DNA of 64,000 nt, from the NCBI GenBank assembly GCA_043228905.1, contig JBHGNT010000017.1, positions 13,578,001 to 13,642,000 on the forward strand, written 5' to 3'. Made by a program: the position numbers and the translations under genes. Origin of the DNA: Azolla caroliniana (Eukaryota; Plantae; Polypodiophyta). The notes under the pieces were generated by a model. That model made no database searches, was not told the origin of the DNA, and saw only the letters and a program-made list of their open reading frames with translations. Each line of letters starts with the position of its first letter. Position 1 is the stretch's first letter. Of the stretch, positions 62,701 through 64,000 are shown in pieces.

Positions 62701-64000
62701 GTCGAACATTGGGAATCGTGAAAACCAACTTTCAAAAGAACATGAGTCGTCGACATCAAAATGTTAGAACAAACACACAAAAATAATCAACAAGGCATTC
62801 CATGTCAAAGCACAATAGAGAATAATTCTCTTTATAGTAGTATATACATCATGTATAAGATAATAAGCATGCTCGCCAACTACAACATGACTACTTGTAG
62901 GTTCATATGCTCAAATTTTTCCTCGGTTTAAACATATTGTAGGTTCAATTCTTGTTCAATGGTTTCGATATTTTGTCTGCTATAAAATTTCTTCATGGTT
63001 TCTATGGGCACTACTTGTTTATTCCTAATAATATTTCTTTTCAATTCACATTGGTCTACCAAGGGTCGAAAAATACCATTCTCTTTAGCAAGTAATAACC
63101 AATGTTAATCATGTGAAGTTCATGCCCAAATCATGTACGATTAAAAATGTAAAACAACTAATAAGTGACTTTTGATACATTTTTAAGTCAACATTTATGT
63201 GTATGTAAAAAGATTAAAAAAACTCAACATTCTTGCTATGAGAATACAAATGATTTTGTGAATGCATTATAGAAGGAGAGCTCACAACTACTGTTCATGC
63301 CTAAATATAGGAAATGTTTTGGTTGTAAGGGCTTAAAAGAGCCGGAAGAAAAGAAGATTGGCCCAAGTGTTTTGGGTTCTAAGACTTTTCATGAAAATCA
63401 CACCTACATAATATATTTGCTTGAGAAATGTCATGTTCAAACATATGCCATGTATAAATTGGTAAAATGTGGAGAATGAAATTCCAAAACACTATAATAG
63501 GATGGAGATAATCCTACTATACTATGTGTTTAAAACAATGTGAGTCATTATGGGAGAAAATGGAACCCCCATAGAACTTGTTATCCCCTTGGCTAGAATA
63601 TGGACATACATGTATGTATGTATGTAATAATGTATGTATGGGGTGTAGGCATGTGTATTCAATGTAATTTGTATGTAGTATACATGAACATATGGAATCA
63701 TTGGAAAGTATCGAAATATATTCATATTTGATCATCCAAGACTCTAAACACTTAAACTCTTCGACCTTATGTGCACGAGCATCGATAAAACACCCTTCAA
63801 CGCTTGGCATGGGTAGATTCAATAGAGGTGCATGTCACATCCTTGACATTAGAATATGCCATTTGATTCCATCATACTCTAGAACTTTCCAAGAGTGCCA
63901 AAACAATAACTTGACCATACCAAATACCAACACAATAATGTGCTCTGACATTTGGAGCTAAGTTGACAATCCCAACTGAGAAGAATCAAATTCAAATTTC

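Overview
Repeat-rich land-plant nuclear DNA. A fern or other seed-free plant is my guess from the TE families and gene style; this is not proven. Only two host genes are supportable: (1) a three-exon MS1/MMD1-family chromatin gene on the minus strand (16301-13218, ~888 aa) whose C-terminal PHD finger appears almost entirely deleted; (2) a U6 snRNA gene (44297-44400) with an intact USE+TATA Pol III promoter. Most of the rest is transposons: a complete but decayed chromovirus (4525-9317, TSD GAGTG); a three-level nest of Ty1/copia elements (19048-40140), including a very young element with near-identical LTRs (28248-33768); further copia, gypsy, CACTA and RTE-like remnants; and an L1-like LINE with a twin-priming 5' inversion and an 18-bp TSD (52594-58805). 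Inside that LINE is the most unusual object, a 1.3-kb non-autonomous LTR element (56874-58181). It has tRNA-Arg primer-binding sites at both internal ends, on opposite strands, and no polypurine tract. All coordinates and identities were read by eye; no searches were run.
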